Shown piece by piece: positions 1 through 11,233 of a stretch of 64,000 nucleotides of DNA (its first letter is position 1; each line of letters opens with the position of its first letter). The notes under the pieces were generated by a model. That model had not been told where the DNA came from. It made no database searches and worked only from the letters and a program-made list of their open reading frames with translations. The translations under genes and the position numbers were made by a program. The DNA comes from an uncultured Clostridia bacterium (GTDB lineage Bacteria > Bacillota > Clostridia > TANB77 > CAG-508), in assembly GCA_963557965.1 (NCBI GenBank), contig CAUWEX010000002.1, positions 16,451-80,450 of the forward strand, given 5' to 3'.

Positions 1-131
1 ATTATTAAAATATATTTAAGAATTGTTTTTAATTGACTCATTGTTTCTCTCCGTTCACTAAAGATGTTAATATTATATCAGAAACCTGTTGGTATTTCAA
101 CAGTTTTTATAATTAATTTTATGTAACTTTG

Positions 132-3100
132 TTATATTGGTATCTCTTTTCCTAGATATACTGAATATAAATATCTTTCGTCTACCTTTTTTCCAAACGC
201 TTTTTCTAAAGCTCTTGAATATAGCTCAATTTGAGTTTTATACTTTTCTCTTAATTCATTTTCGTTTCCTACTTTTACATAATCTGTTTTATAATCTACC
301 AGTTTTAGTTTATCATCTTTATCTATATAATATAAATCTATAATACCTTGTACCAATATGTTCTCATCTGTTTGTTCTTCAAAAAATTCCTGAGCAGGGA
401 GGTTAATATAAAAAGGCTTTTCTTGTTCTATCTCTTTTGCAAATTTTAATTCCTCCCATATCTTTGACTTCGTAAATTCCAACACTTTTCTTGCATCTAT
501 ACTTTTTGCTTCTTTAGCAGTTATTATTTTCTTTGCTTCTAGTTCATTTATCAAAGCATTTATTTTATCAAAATTATAATCAATTTTAGGGTTTAATTTT
601 TGTAAACACATATGTACTAATGTTCCTACTCTAGCTGGTGATATTTTTTCTATATCAGTATCATTTATAAATTTAGGTGTCGCAAATTCTATTTTTTCTA
701 TACTCTCTTCTTGTTTTTTTAATTGCTTTAATGCTGTTACAGAAGTTTTTGTTGGAATTCTACAGTCTATTTTATTAGGATATTCATAGTTTAAAATATT
801 TTCTATTTCTTTTAATCGTTTTTGGTTAATATCTGTGTTTTCTAATTTCTCTACAACATCTATTTCTTCTGTTATTTCTTGTTTTAAGCTTTTTAGTAGT
901 TCTTGTTTATAATGTACCTCTAATTGAATTTTATCACCTATATTCTCTTTCTCGTATTCATAAACTAATAAAATCCAATCTAAATATTTTTTATATTTTT
1001 TTACTAAAATAGGATTTATTTTATTATCTGTTCTCTTGTATCTTTTTACTTGTTCTTCAATTTTTTTAATATTTTCTTCAAAATTGTTATTTATCCCTGT
1101 TATAAATATTTTCTCCTTAGCTCTAGTTAAAGCAACATATAAAATCCTCATTTCTTCTGAAAGCGTTTCTATAAATATTTTATTTTTTATAGCTGCTTTG
1201 CTTAATGTGTCATATTCAATTTGTTTATCATAATCTATATATTTTGCTCCAATTCCTAAATTTTGATGAAGTAACACATTTTCATATAAATCAGTTAAGT
1301 TAAACTGTTTATTGGTACTAGATAAAAATACTACTGGAAACTCCAATCCCTTGCTTTTATGTATACTCATAATTCTTACTACATCATCATTTTCTCCAAT
1401 TATCTTTGCTGCTCCCATATCTCCACTTGACAGTTTTAGTTTATCAATAAAATTTATAAAATTATACAGTCCTTTAAAGTTACTGCTCTCAAAAATTTTA
1501 GCCTTTTGAAATAGCATTTTTAAGTTCGCTTGTCTTAAATCTCCATTAGGCATTAGCCCAACATAATTATAAAAACCTGTCTCAGTATATATCTTCCAAA
1601 TCAATTCATCTAATGCTAGATATTCTTGCTCTTTTCTCCATTTTTGAATATTTTTAAAGAAATTTTGTATTTTATTTCTTAATTTGTCATCTACATCTAC
1701 AACTGCTTTTTCCATACATGTATAAAAATTATCTGTTTTATCAGTTAATCGTATTTTTATCAGGTCATTATCTGTAAATTTTCCTATAAATGAACGTAAT
1801 ACAGTAACTAGTGGAATATCATTCATTGGATTATCTATTACTTTTAATACCGACATTATTGTTTGTATTTCTATACTGTCTAAATATTCTTGTGAACTAT
1901 CCGAAAAGGTTGATATTCCCATATTTATAAGCTCTTGCTCATATATTGGAGCTAAGTTTGAAGTTGCTCTTAGTAAAATTACTATATCCTTCTTAGCGAT
2001 ATCTCTATATTTTTCTTGTTTTATATCCCATACTTGTATTTTATTATCAATTAATTCTTTAATTTTATTAGCTACAAATCTTGCTTCTAATTCAGCATCT
2101 TCAAGTCTTTCTTCATTATTATCAATTTCTAAATTGCTTTCTTCCTGTTCTTCTTTTTGGCTAGTATCTATTATATGAATTTCAGTCTTTAAATTATTCA
2201 CCTCATTTTTAGGGTAATTTGCTCCTAAATTCAAGTATTCGTCCTTATTATAATTGATATCTCCTAAATTTTCGCTCATTATATTTTGAAATATATCATT
2301 AGTAAAATCTAGTACATTATCTCGACTTCTAAAGTTCTTGAATAATTGTATTTTTAAGTTATCAGCTTCTTTTTTCTCTTCTTTTAGTTTATAGGTATTA
2401 TATTTTTGTATAAATAACTCTGGCATTGCTTGTCTGAATTTATATATACTTTGTTTAACATCTCCAACCATAAAAATGTTTTTTCCATTTGATACAGAAC
2501 TTAAAATATATTCTTGCACTAAGTTACTATCTTGATATTCATCAATTGCAATTTCTTCAAATTTTTCTTGATATTTTTTAGCTATATCTGTTGGAATAAT
2601 TTGTCCATCTTTTTCCTTTAATAAAATTTCGAGTGCAAAATGTTCTATATCATGAAAATCCACTATATTTCTTTCTCTTTTCTTTTTGCTAAATTCTGTT
2701 TCAAATTCTAATACCAGTTCTTCTAGCTTTCTAAGTATATTATACATATCATATATATCTTCATTTGCTTGCCTTGAATTGCAAATTAAAATCTTGTCCA
2801 AAACTTTTTTTATTTTCTTTTTCACATCATCTCGTACTTGTTTTGCTTCATCTTTTAATGGTAGATGTGATGTTTGTCTTGGCCAAGTTACAAATTTTAA
2901 TGTTTGATTTATCTCATATGCTTTATCCCAATTATCTAAATTGTTTTTAAGTCCTTGTAGTTTATCTATATCATCTCTTATTGTTATCCAAAACTTTTGT
3001 AATTCAGGCTCTAAAGATAGTTTTTCGCTTATATCTTCTAATGAATAAATCGCATCTACTAATTCGTCATTTATTTCAGCTATTAGTTCTTTTCCCCATG

Positions 3101-3738
3101 GTGTTTTAGCAAAATTTATATCTAATTCATCTTTAATATTAAACATTTCTACTTTTTCTCTTAACCACTTATTGGGAAATGGATTACTTTGTATATATGT
3201 GTATATTTTTATTACTAAATCTTTTAAAGGTGTATCATCTTTATAGCTAGTATATGTATGAATTAATTTATAAAAATCTTCGTTTTCTTCTTCATATTTA
3301 TTGTTAAATATTTCTTCAATTACCTCTTGTTTTAATAACTCTATTTCTGTATTGTCTGCAATTCTGAAATTGGGAGACATATTGTCTAACATATAAAAAT
3401 TTTGCCTTACAATGTCTAAACAGAATGCATCTATAGTACAGATATTGGCTTTGTTTAATAGCGTAACTTGTCTTAACAATACCTCATTGTCTGGTTCCCT
3501 ATCTAGCTTTTTATATATAGCATCTAACACTCTTTCACGCATTTCAGAAGCAGCAGCATTTGTAAATGTCACCACTAATAGTTTATCAATATCTACTTGT
3601 TCTTTTAATACTTTTTCAATAATTCTTTCTACTAATACCGCTGTTTTTCCACTTCCGTGCAGCTGCTGCCACTAATATATTCGAACCTTTTTCGTATATT
3701 GCTTGTTCTTGTTCCTTTGTCCATGTAACTTTTCCCAT
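132..3738 (-). CDS. addA: ATP-dependent helicase/nuclease AddA (UvrD-like helicase with C-terminal RecB-type nuclease). The frame is broken by a 1-nt insertion at about 3657, inside the Walker A motif.
   Basis: The 1147-aa ORF has UvrD helicase motifs and the C-terminal nuclease motif GIIDLYYID...VDYKTDYV. The true N-terminus MGKVTWTKEQEQAIYEKGSNILVAAAA starts at the ATG at 3738, preceded by an AGGAGA RBS. An extra base in 'gca C gga agt gga aaa aca' interrupts AAAGSGKT. Confidence 0.8.
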
Positions 3739-3769
3739 AATTATTCTCCTTATTCAGCGTATAGCAAAA

Positions 3770-3814
3770 GAGCTATAAATATTTACGAATTTTATTTATA
3801 GCTCCTTTTTTTAG
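3770..3814. terminator. Stem-loop with a perfect 12-bp stem (GAGCTATAAATA/TATTTATAGCTC) followed by TTTTTTT on the + strand. It sits between the small ORF and the addA start.
   Basis: The inverted repeat and T-run are read directly. The T-tract is oriented for + strand termination, and the hairpin could also stabilise the 3' end of the 3811..4077 transcript. Confidence 0.5.
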
Positions 3815-4077
3815 TTTTCTTCTTTTAATGCTATCATCAAATTATTGGTTTCTACTACTTTACTTCTTCCACCATAGTTGTATCTTGCACCCGTAAAATA
3901 TACCATATATCCTAAATTTTCTAGTCTTGTTTTACAAAGTCGTAAAAACTCTTGTGTTTCTTCCTCTGTTAGATTCATCTTTACTCTTACTTCGAAAAAA
4001 GTTATTTCTATAATATTTTCATTTTTTTCTATCTTATTATCTAAATATTGAGTTATTTCTTGCATTGACATTTTCAT
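3811..4077 (-). CDS. Hypothetical 88-aa protein.
   Basis: An ORF with no motif I recognise. The upstream region is AT-rich. Confidence 0.35.
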   Translation of the reverse strand: MKMSMQEITQYLDNKIEKNENIIEITFFEVRVKMNLTEEETQEFLRLCKTRLENLGYMVYFTGARYNYGGRSKVVETNNLMIALKEEN

Positions 4078-4168
4078 TCTCTCCTTTATGCAATATATTT
4101 TATCATATAAACCACAAAAATGAAATATTATTTACAAATTTTTGTTACTTATTCGTCAATGTTGTGTC

Positions 4169-5996
4169 CTATTCTTCCTCTTCGTCGAATTGAGAATTAT
4201 ATAAATCACTATAAAATCCACCTTTTGCAAGTAGTTCCTCATGTGTTCCTTGTTCTACGATATCTCCATGATTCATAACTAAAATCAAGTCGGCATTTTT
4301 TATTGTTGATAATCTATGTGCAATTATAAAGCTTGTTCTACCTTTCATTAAATTATCCATTGCATTTTGAATTTGTATTTCTGTTCTCGTATCAATTGAA
4401 CTCGTTGCTTCATCTAAAATCAATATTTTTGGATTTGTTAAAATAACCCTTGCAATAGTTAATAATTGCTTTTGCCCAGCTGAAACATTGCTTGATTCTT
4501 CATTTAAAACTGAATTATATCCTTTTGGTAATGTTTTTATAAAATGATGCACATGTGCTGCTTTTGCTGCTCTTATTACCTCATCATCAGATGCGTTTTC
4601 TTTGCCATATTTAATATTTTCTTTTACAGTTCCGCCAAATAACCATGTGTCTTGTAAAACCATTCCAAATAATTTTCTCAATTCTCCACGTTTGAAGTCT
4701 TTTATATTTATACCATCTATTAAAATTTGTCCATCTGCCACATCATAAAACCTCATTAGTAATTTAACCATAGTTGTTTTTCCTGCCCCTGTTGGTCCTA
4801 CAATTGCAATCTTTTGTCCATCTTTTACTTTACAATTAAAGTCATTAATTATGGTTCTATTTTCATCATATCCAAATTTCACATGATTAAATTCAACATT
4901 TCCATTTAATTTTTGTATATCAATATTTCCTTTAGAAGTATCTATTTCCTCAGTTTCTTCTAAAAAGTCAAATACTCTTTCTGCAGCAGCAATCATTGCT
5001 TGTAACATGCTTGATATCTGTGCAATTTGATTTATTGGCCCGAGTAAATTGTTTATTGTATTGGATAAAGCTTTGTATATTACCAACCGTAATAGAACCT
5101 TTTACTGCTAGATATCCTCCTACAACCGCCACGCCAACATACCCAACATTAGAAATAAAATTCATTACCGGAAACATTAGTCCTGATAAGAATTGTGATT
5201 TCCACGCTGAACGATATAATTCGTCATTTGCTTTTTTGAAATCTTTCGATACTTTTTCTTCTCCATTAAAAACTTTTACAATATTTAATCCACCATAAAT
5301 TTCTTCTACTTGCCCATTTACATGTCCCAAATAGTCTTGTTGTGCTCTGAAGTGTTTTTGTGATTTTCCTACTATTTTTTTTACCAACATTGCTGAAACT
5401 GGTAATATAATTAATGATATTAATGTCATTTGCCAGCTTATTGAAAACATCATTATTAGTATTCCTACAATTGTACAAACAGCTGTAATAATTTGAGTAA
5501 TACTTTGGTTTAAGTTAGCACTTAAAGTGTCTACATCATTTGTTACAATAGATAATACTTCTCCGTGAGTTCTACCATCAAAATATTTCATTGGTAATTT
5601 ATTTATTTTTTCTGCAATATCTTGTCTTAATCTATATGTAATTTTTTGTGAAATTCCAGTCATTGTAAATCCTTGTATAAAGGAGAATAATGCACTTAAA
5701 ACATATAATGCAATTAATGTTAAAAGTATAGTTCCAATTTTCCCAAAGTCTATTCCTGTTCCACCTGATATCTTGCCAACTATACCATTAAATATTTCTG
5801 TTGTTGCGTTTCCTAAAATTTTAGGTCCGACTATAGTAAATATAGTACTTCCTATTGCAAAAATGAGAACTATTATTAGTGCAATTTTATATCCTGCTAA
5901 GTATTCTTTTATTAGTTTTTTGGTAGTTCCTTTAAAGTCTTTTGCTTTATCTCCACCAGCATTTTTACCTCTATGTCCCATCATTGGTCCTGGCAT
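4169..5996 (-). CDS. ABC exporter, fused permease plus ATPase and the second subunit of a heterodimeric pair. It is split by a +1 frameshift near 5041.
   Basis: The N-terminal part (4968..5996) has six TM helices. The C-terminal part (4169..5086) has Walker A GPTGAGKTT, signature VSAGQKQLL and Walker B ILILDEAT. The two frames join around '...SFIQYNKQFT|GPINQIAQISS...'. Confidence 0.8.
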
Positions 5997-5997
5997 A

Positions 5998-8259
5998 TTA
6001 TTCTCCTCCTTTCAATTCTTCTTCTGATAATTGTGATAGTGCAATTTGTCTATATGTCTCATTGTTTTTTAACAACTCTTCATGTGTACCTATTCCTACC
6101 ACTTTTCCTTCTTCTAATACAATAATTTGGTTCGCGTTAAGAATTGTGCTAATTCTTTGAGCTACAATTATTACTGTTTTGTTTTCTGTTTTTTCCGCTA
6201 ATGCTGTTCTTAAAGCTGCATCTGTTTTTAAGTCTAATGCAGAAAAACTATCATCAAAAACAAATATTTCAGGGTCTTTTGCTAATGCTCTAGCAATTGA
6301 TAAACGCTGTTTTTGTCCTCCTGATACATTACTTCCGCCTTGTGCAATTTCTTCTTGATATTTTTTGTCTTTAGCTTCTATAAATTCTGTTGCTTGTGCG
6401 ATTTCGGCTGCTTCTTTCATTCTGTCATCTGACATGTTTTCATCTGAATATTTTATATTAGATTCTATTGTTCCTGAAAATAACACTCCTTTTTGTGGAA
6501 CAAATCCTATAATATCTCTTAAGTCTTTTTGTGCTACATCTTTAATATTTACACCGTCTATGCAAAGTTCTCCACCTGTTACATCATAAAATCTAGGTAG
6601 TAAATTAACTACTGTTGATTTACCACTTCCTGTACTACCTATAATAGCTGTTATCTCACCAGGTTTTGCTGTAAAATTAATATCTTCTAATATCTCTGTA
6701 TCTGCATCAGGATATCTAAATGACACATTTTTAAACTCTACTAATCCTTTTTTGTTTGGATCAAATTTCTTTGTTTCCTTTTTGTCTTTTATTGATGGTT
6801 CGGTTTCAGTTACCTCATTTATACGATTAGCTGATACAGATGCTCTTGGTAGCATAATAGATATCATTGATATCATTAAGAATGCCATTACAATTTGCAT
6901 TGTATATTGGATAAATGCCATCATGTCTCCGACTTGTGTAATTCCTTGGTCTACATTATGACCTCCAACCCATACAATTAGTACTCCGATTGCATTCATT
7001 ACAAGCATCAGAAGAGGCATCATCATTGACATTGCTCTATTTACAAAAACATTAACTTTCATTAAATCTTTATTAGCAACCTCAAATCTTTTCTCTTCTT
7101 TTTTCTCTGTATTAAATGCTCTAATTACTGGCAAACCAGTTAATATTTCTCTTGATACAAGGTTTAGCTTATCTGTTAGGTCTTGTAACTTTTTAAATCT
7201 AGGCATAGCAACAATAAATAATGTTCCTACTATGAATAATATTGCAAGTATTGCAACTCCAATTATCCACGCCATCGAATTATCACTATTAGTTAATACT
7301 TTAATAAATCCACCAATACCTATAATTGGTGCATACACAACTACTCTAAATAGCATTGTAATTAATTGTTGAATTTGTTGTATATCATTTGTGCTACGAG
7401 TAATTAATGATGCTGTTGAAAATTTATTTAATTCTTCATTTGAAAAGCTTAATACTTTAGAAAATACTTTTTCTCTTAATGTTTTTCCAAGTTTTGCAGC
7501 AACTCTTGCAGATAGTAACATGATAATAATTGCTGATGTCATACTAATTAAAGCAATTCCAAGCATTTGCATTCCTGCCATAAAAATATAATCATTTTGA
7601 ATTTTATCTGTATCAACACCTGCATTTTTATAAATTTGTTTTACAGATGAGACTGCTGCTTGTTCTTTTATAGAGTCTTGCATATCCACAATTTTGCTTG
7701 TAAATTCCTTTACAACTTCTTCTCTCTGCGTTTGTGGCATACGTTCTAATATTTCTTCTACGCTTTTATTTTGTAAATACACTTTTTGCTCTTGTGGCAT
7801 ATTTGCCGTCATCGCTTCTTTTATTTTACTAGATGTTTCTGGGTTGCTTATTGTCGTGGTTTCTAATAGAGGAGTTGTAAGTATTTTTCCCAACTCTTCC
7901 ATTGGTTCTTTTCCGATATCTTTCAAAGTATAAAAATTATTAGGCTCAACTTCTTTATTTTTGCCTAAATATTTATTCACAATTTTTTGTTCTTGTTCTG
8001 TCAATACATCTCCTACAAGTGTATAATTTTCTAATATTTTCTCATCATCTTCTGAAAACATTAAAATAGTATCCATATCTTTTTTATTTATAACTTTTGG
8101 CACAGCTGTTTCTATTCCGCCTGCTTGAATTCCTACATTTACTATTTTAGATGTGTAGTCTGGTAGTCTTAAATCTGCTTGTGCTTGTACACATAATAAA
8201 ATTACTATTACAACTACTGACCAAAATGATTTTTTTAAATTTTTTAATACTTTTAGCAT
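5998..8259 (-). CDS. ABC exporter, permease plus ATPase and the first subunit of a heterodimeric pair. It has a roughly 200-aa extracytoplasmic insert after TM1.
   Basis: Walker A GSTGSGKST, signature VSGGQKQRLSIARAL, Walker B IFVFDDSFSALD. Its stop overlaps the start of the next gene (ATG at 5996), suggesting translational coupling. Confidence 0.85.
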   Translation of the reverse strand: MLKVLKNLKKSFWSVVVIVILLCVQAQADLRLPDYTSKIVNVGIQAGGIETAVPKVINKKDMDTILMFSEDDEKILENYTLVGDVLTEQEQKIVNKYLGKNKEVEPNNFYTLKDIGKEPMEELGKILTTPLLETTTISNPETSSKIKEAMTANMPQEQKVYLQNKSVEEILERMPQTQREEVVKEFTSKIVDMQDSIKEQAAVSSVKQIYKNAGVDTDKIQNDYIFMAGMQMLGIALISMTSAIIIMLLSARVAAKLGKTLREKVFSKVLSFSNEELNKFSTASLITRSTNDIQQIQQLITMLFRVVVYAPIIGIGGFIKVLTNSDNSMAWIIGVAILAILFIVGTLFIVAMPRFKKLQDLTDKLNLVSREILTGLPVIRAFNTEKKEEKRFEVANKDLMKVNVFVNRAMSMMMPLLMLVMNAIGVLIVWVGGHNVDQGITQVGDMMAFIQYTMQIVMAFLMISMISIMLPRASVSANRINEVTETEPSIKDKKETKKFDPNKKGLVEFKNVSFRYPDADTEILEDINFTAKPGEITAIIGSTGSGKSTVVNLLPRFYDVTGGELCIDGVNIKDVAQKDLRDIIGFVPQKGVLFSGTIESNIKYSDENMSDDRMKEAAEIAQATEFIEAKDKKYQEEIAQGGSNVSGGQKQRLSIARALAKDPEIFVFDDSFSALDLKTDAALRTALAEKTENKTVIIVAQRISTILNANQIIVLEEGKVVGIGTHEELLKNNETYRQIALSQLSEEELKGGE

Positions 8260-8290
8260 TGTATCCTCCTTATTTTTCCATCAAAATAAC

Positions 8291-8328
8291 ACCATATCAT
8301 TATATGCGACACGGTGTCATTTTGTCAA
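8291..8328 (-). promoter_or_regulatory. Putative sigma-A promoter of the ABC operon (-35 TTGACA, 18-nt spacer, -10 TATAAT). The spacer contains the palindrome GACACGGTGTC.
   Basis: Read on the minus strand: ttgacaaaatgacaccgtgtcgcatataat, about 35 nt upstream of the ATG at 8259. Confidence 0.45.
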
Positions 8329-8354
8329 TGTGTATTATGTGAATTTTGTGTGAA

Positions 8355-9005
8355 TTACATCTTTCTAAATACTCCCGCCACTTTGCCCAATATTTCACAA
8401 GTTGGAACTATTATTGGATCCATTGTACTATTTTCAGGTTGTAGTCTAATATGGTCTGTTTCTTTATAAAATGTTTTTACTGTTGCTTCATCTCCAATTA
8501 ATGCAACTACGATTTCTCCATTATTGGCTGTATTTTGTTTTTTCACTAATATATAGTCTCCGTCTAAAATACCAGCTTCTATCATACTTTCTCCTCTAAC
8601 TGTTAGCATAAAACTTTCAGAATTTCCAACAAAGTCAATTGGAATTGGGAAAGTATCTGTTACATTTTCTACTGCCAAAATTGGTTCTCCAGCTGTTATT
8701 CTTCCTATAATAGGAACTTCTACTAACTCTTTTTGTGTATAGAAGTCTTTACTAGATGTTTTCTTTGGCTCTCCTGAACCACCTTTTAATAAACGTAATG
8801 TTCTTCCTTTTTTGTCTTGTTTTTTGATATAACCTTTTTCTTCTAGTTTAGCTAAATATCCATGTACTGTAGCTGTAGAACTTAATCCAACAGCTTTTCC
8901 TATTTCTCTTACTGATGGTGGATATCCTTTTGTCATGATTTGTTTTTCGATAAATTTTAAAATTGATTTCTCTCTTCTATTTAATTCCGGCTTTTTTCTA
9001 GGCAT
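8355..9005 (-). CDS. lexA: LexA repressor (SOS regulator with S24 peptidase domain).
   Basis: It has an N-terminal winged-HTH region (…[34 protein letters not shown]…). The Ala-Gly cleavage site (…ITAGEP…), the catalytic Ser (…[11 protein letters not shown]…) and the catalytic Lys are present. The start is likely MPRKK at 9005 (RBS GGGAG). Confidence 0.9.
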   Translation of the reverse strand: MPRKKPELNRREKSILKFIEKQIMTKGYPPSVREIGKAVGLSSTATVHGYLAKLEEKGYIKKQDKKGRTLRLLKGGSGEPKKTSSKDFYTQKELVEVPIIGRITAGEPILAVENVTDTFPIPIDFVGNSESFMLTVRGESMIEAGILDGDYILVKKQNTANNGEIVVALIGDEATVKTFYKETDHIRLQPENSTMDPIIVPTCEILGKVAGVFRKM

Positions 9006-9035
9006 ATAAATCACTCCCATTTTTTATTTGTACTC

Positions 9036-9075
9036 ATAATATCATACAAACAAAAAAATGTCAAACATATTTTTG
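9036..9075 (-). promoter_or_regulatory. lexA promoter (-35 TTGACA at 9059-9064, 17-nt spacer, extended -10 TGaTATTAT at 9036-9044). A degenerate Cheo-box-like palindrome CAAAAATATGTTTG (9062-9075) overlaps the -35.
   Basis: The sequence was read directly. It is compared with the Bacillus/Clostridium LexA box CGAACRNRYGTTCG, and a GTTTG half-site is known from B. subtilis lexA boxes. Confidence 0.4.
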
Positions 9076-9083
9076 TATTTGTA

Positions 9084-10994
9084 TTATCCTAGCCAATTAA
9101 CAACTTTCATTCCCTTTGGAGCTCCCCATGGGGCGCCAGCAATTGAATTTGCTTTTTTGTCTATATTTATGCTATTTAAATTTTGACATCTCTCAAATGC
9201 TCTTTCTCCTATTGTTGTTACACCATTAGCAATCTCTGCACTTTGTAATTTTTTGCATTGAGTAAATGCTGCTCTTTCTATTTCTTTTACATTTTCAGGA
9301 ATTGTAACTTTTGTTATTTTTTGATTATTAAATGCATTTGGTGCTATTTTTTCTACTTGACTATCCACAACAAATTCTCCTGTAAACGTTTTTAAGCATG
9401 CTTTTAGTACTTTTTTATCTTTACTATAAAGCACTCCATTTTCAACCATATAATACGGATTTGCTTCATCTATTATTACGTCAGCTTTACATTCGAATAA
9501 CATCATTATCGGCGCGATTTCTTGAACGTTTCTTCCAATTTTTATCGTTTTAAGATTTCTACAGGCATTAAATGTTTGTCCACTTATATGTGTTAAGCTA
9601 TCTGGTAATGTTATAGATGTTGCATTTACCGCTGCTCCAAAAGCTCCATCTTCAGCCACTAATATTCCTTCTTGTATTCTAATATCTTGTTCTTTTGAGT
9701 AACACATAATTAATCTTTTTGTATCTTTAGTATACCATAGGTTGTTTTCAGAAATATATTTAGGATTATTGGTATCTATAATTACTTGTGATATACTTGA
9801 AGGAAATATTCTCAAACTTACATTAATTAAACTTGATGGTATTTCTAATTTCTTGATATTATTAAAATTTATTATATTATTTGAAAAGTCTTGTACTCCT
9901 TCAGGGATTTTTAATGTATCTACTGATTTTAGATAATTAGGCGATATAAACATTATGCTCGTTTTATCTTTTGGCATCAAAAAGCCATTTTCATACACAT
10001 AATATTGGCTATTATTTAATTCTATATTATTCAAATTATTACAGTTTTCAAATGCTCCTTTTCCAATCATGTTTACTGTATTTGGTATCTCTATTTGACT
10101 TATTCCCGTCGTATAAAAAGCAAATTCTTTAATATTCAATAATTGATTAGGTAATACGACATGTTTTAATTTTACATCTCCTGCAAAACAATTTCCTGGT
10201 ATTTCTTTAATCTTATTAGGTATTACTATTTCTTCTAAATTAACGCAATAATAAAATGACATACCCCCCATAAAATTTAAGCTATTAGGCATTGTTACAT
10301 TTTTTAAATTTGAGCAACCAGCAAAAGCCCAACTATAAATTTTTTCTACCCCTTCTTGCATTATTACTGTTTCTAATGTTGTATTATATGAAAATGCATT
10401 TGTCCCTATTTCTTTTACACTTCCTGGTATTATTATTGTTTTTAGTCCTTCTAGATTTGCAAAAGCTCCTTCTCCTATTTTGGTTACACTGTCTGGTATT
10501 GTTAATGTTCCGTTTTCATCCATAAGCAATAAATTGCCATTAGATGATAGCAATTCACCTTCTTCTGTTATATCATATGGGTTTACTTCTATACCTAAAC
10601 TTTGAGCTATTTTTATTTCGTCTTTACTTTTAGTGTTTATTAAAAGCTCTCCTTTTATTATTTCTAGCTTTTCCATATATTCATCACTAATACTTGTTAT
10701 AACAGTTTTTATATTTCCTGTTTCTCCTGCTTTTTGAGTGTTATAAGATAAATTCGTTTTTCCAGCTGTTAAACTTCCTTCTAAAAACTCTTGATTTTCT
10801 GTTAATTTACTTATTTTATATATCTCTAATTCTTCTTTATATCCTGATAACTCTGTAGATATTTTAGCTTCTTGTGCTTGGGTTATTACTCCACTCTCCC
10901 CTGTTAGCATAGCAATACTTACTCCTGCCAAGATTAATAATACAATTATTGTTATTACCAATGCAATTAAAGTAATTCCTTTGTTTTTATTCAT
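9084..10994 (-). CDS. BspA-type leucine-rich-repeat surface protein. Its N-terminus is a prepilin-like hydrophobic segment.
   Basis: The N-terminus is MNKNKGITLIALVITIIVLLILAGVSIA (type IV pilin-like, but with Ala at +5 instead of Glu). Repeated LRR_5 units follow (…IPDSVTKIGEGAFANLEGLKTIIIPGSVKEIGTNAF…). The RBS is AGGAGGAG. Confidence 0.75.
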   Translation of the reverse strand: MNKNKGITLIALVITIIVLLILAGVSIAMLTGESGVITQAQEAKISTELSGYKEELEIYKISKLTENQEFLEGSLTAGKTNLSYNTQKAGETGNIKTVITSISDEYMEKLEIIKGELLINTKSKDEIKIAQSLGIEVNPYDITEEGELLSSNGNLLLMDENGTLTIPDSVTKIGEGAFANLEGLKTIIIPGSVKEIGTNAFSYNTTLETVIMQEGVEKIYSWAFAGCSNLKNVTMPNSLNFMGGMSFYYCVNLEEIVIPNKIKEIPGNCFAGDVKLKHVVLPNQLLNIKEFAFYTTGISQIEIPNTVNMIGKGAFENCNNLNNIELNNSQYYVYENGFLMPKDKTSIMFISPNYLKSVDTLKIPEGVQDFSNNIINFNNIKKLEIPSSLINVSLRIFPSSISQVIIDTNNPKYISENNLWYTKDTKRLIMCYSKEQDIRIQEGILVAEDGAFGAAVNATSITLPDSLTHISGQTFNACRNLKTIKIGRNVQEIAPIMMLFECKADVIIDEANPYYMVENGVLYSKDKKVLKACLKTFTGEFVVDSQVEKIAPNAFNNQKITKVTIPENVKEIERAAFTQCKKLQSAEIANGVTTIGERAFERCQNLNSINIDKKANSIAGAPWGAPKGMKVVNWLG

Positions 10995-11164
10995 TATACT
11001 CCTCCTAATTTTTTTATTTTCAGGTCTTTTTATTTATTTATAATGAGAAAATTAAGACCTGGCCTCTTTTTCTCACTAAAAAAAGACAGCAATAAAAACC
11101 TATTTCTAGGCTTTTATTACTATCTTTTTATTTATTTCTATTATATTATTAACTTTTTTATTGT

Positions 11165-11233
11165 TTAGTAAACATAAGGTGTGTGTGTGTGTGTGTGTGT
11201 GTGTACTCCCACAAGGGTTTCAGCGATTATCAT
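11165..11233 (-). CDS. Possible 22-aa mini-ORF MIIAETLVGV(HT)4PYVY. Its His-Thr repeat is encoded by the (AC)13 tract.
   Basis: A strong RBS AGAGGAG sits 10 nt upstream of the ATG at 11233. The ORF runs through the dinucleotide repeat, and a change in repeat number alters the C-terminus. It is too short to validate in silico. Confidence 0.3.
   Translation of the reverse strand: MIIAETLVGVHTHTHTHTPYVY
11179..11204. repeat. (GT)13 dinucleotide microsatellite ((AC)13 on the minus strand).
   Basis: Read directly: 26 nt of perfect GT repeats, about 185 bp upstream of the LRR surface protein gene. Confidence 0.95.

Noticed and set aside
1-131. Coding potential downstream of addA (window start).
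   Set aside because: There is no ORF. It is AT-rich with stops in all frames, so it is treated as intergenic.
11179-11204. CRISPR array or minisatellite.
   Set aside because: It is a simple dinucleotide repeat with no spacer/repeat structure. No cas genes or CRISPR repeats were seen anywhere in the window.
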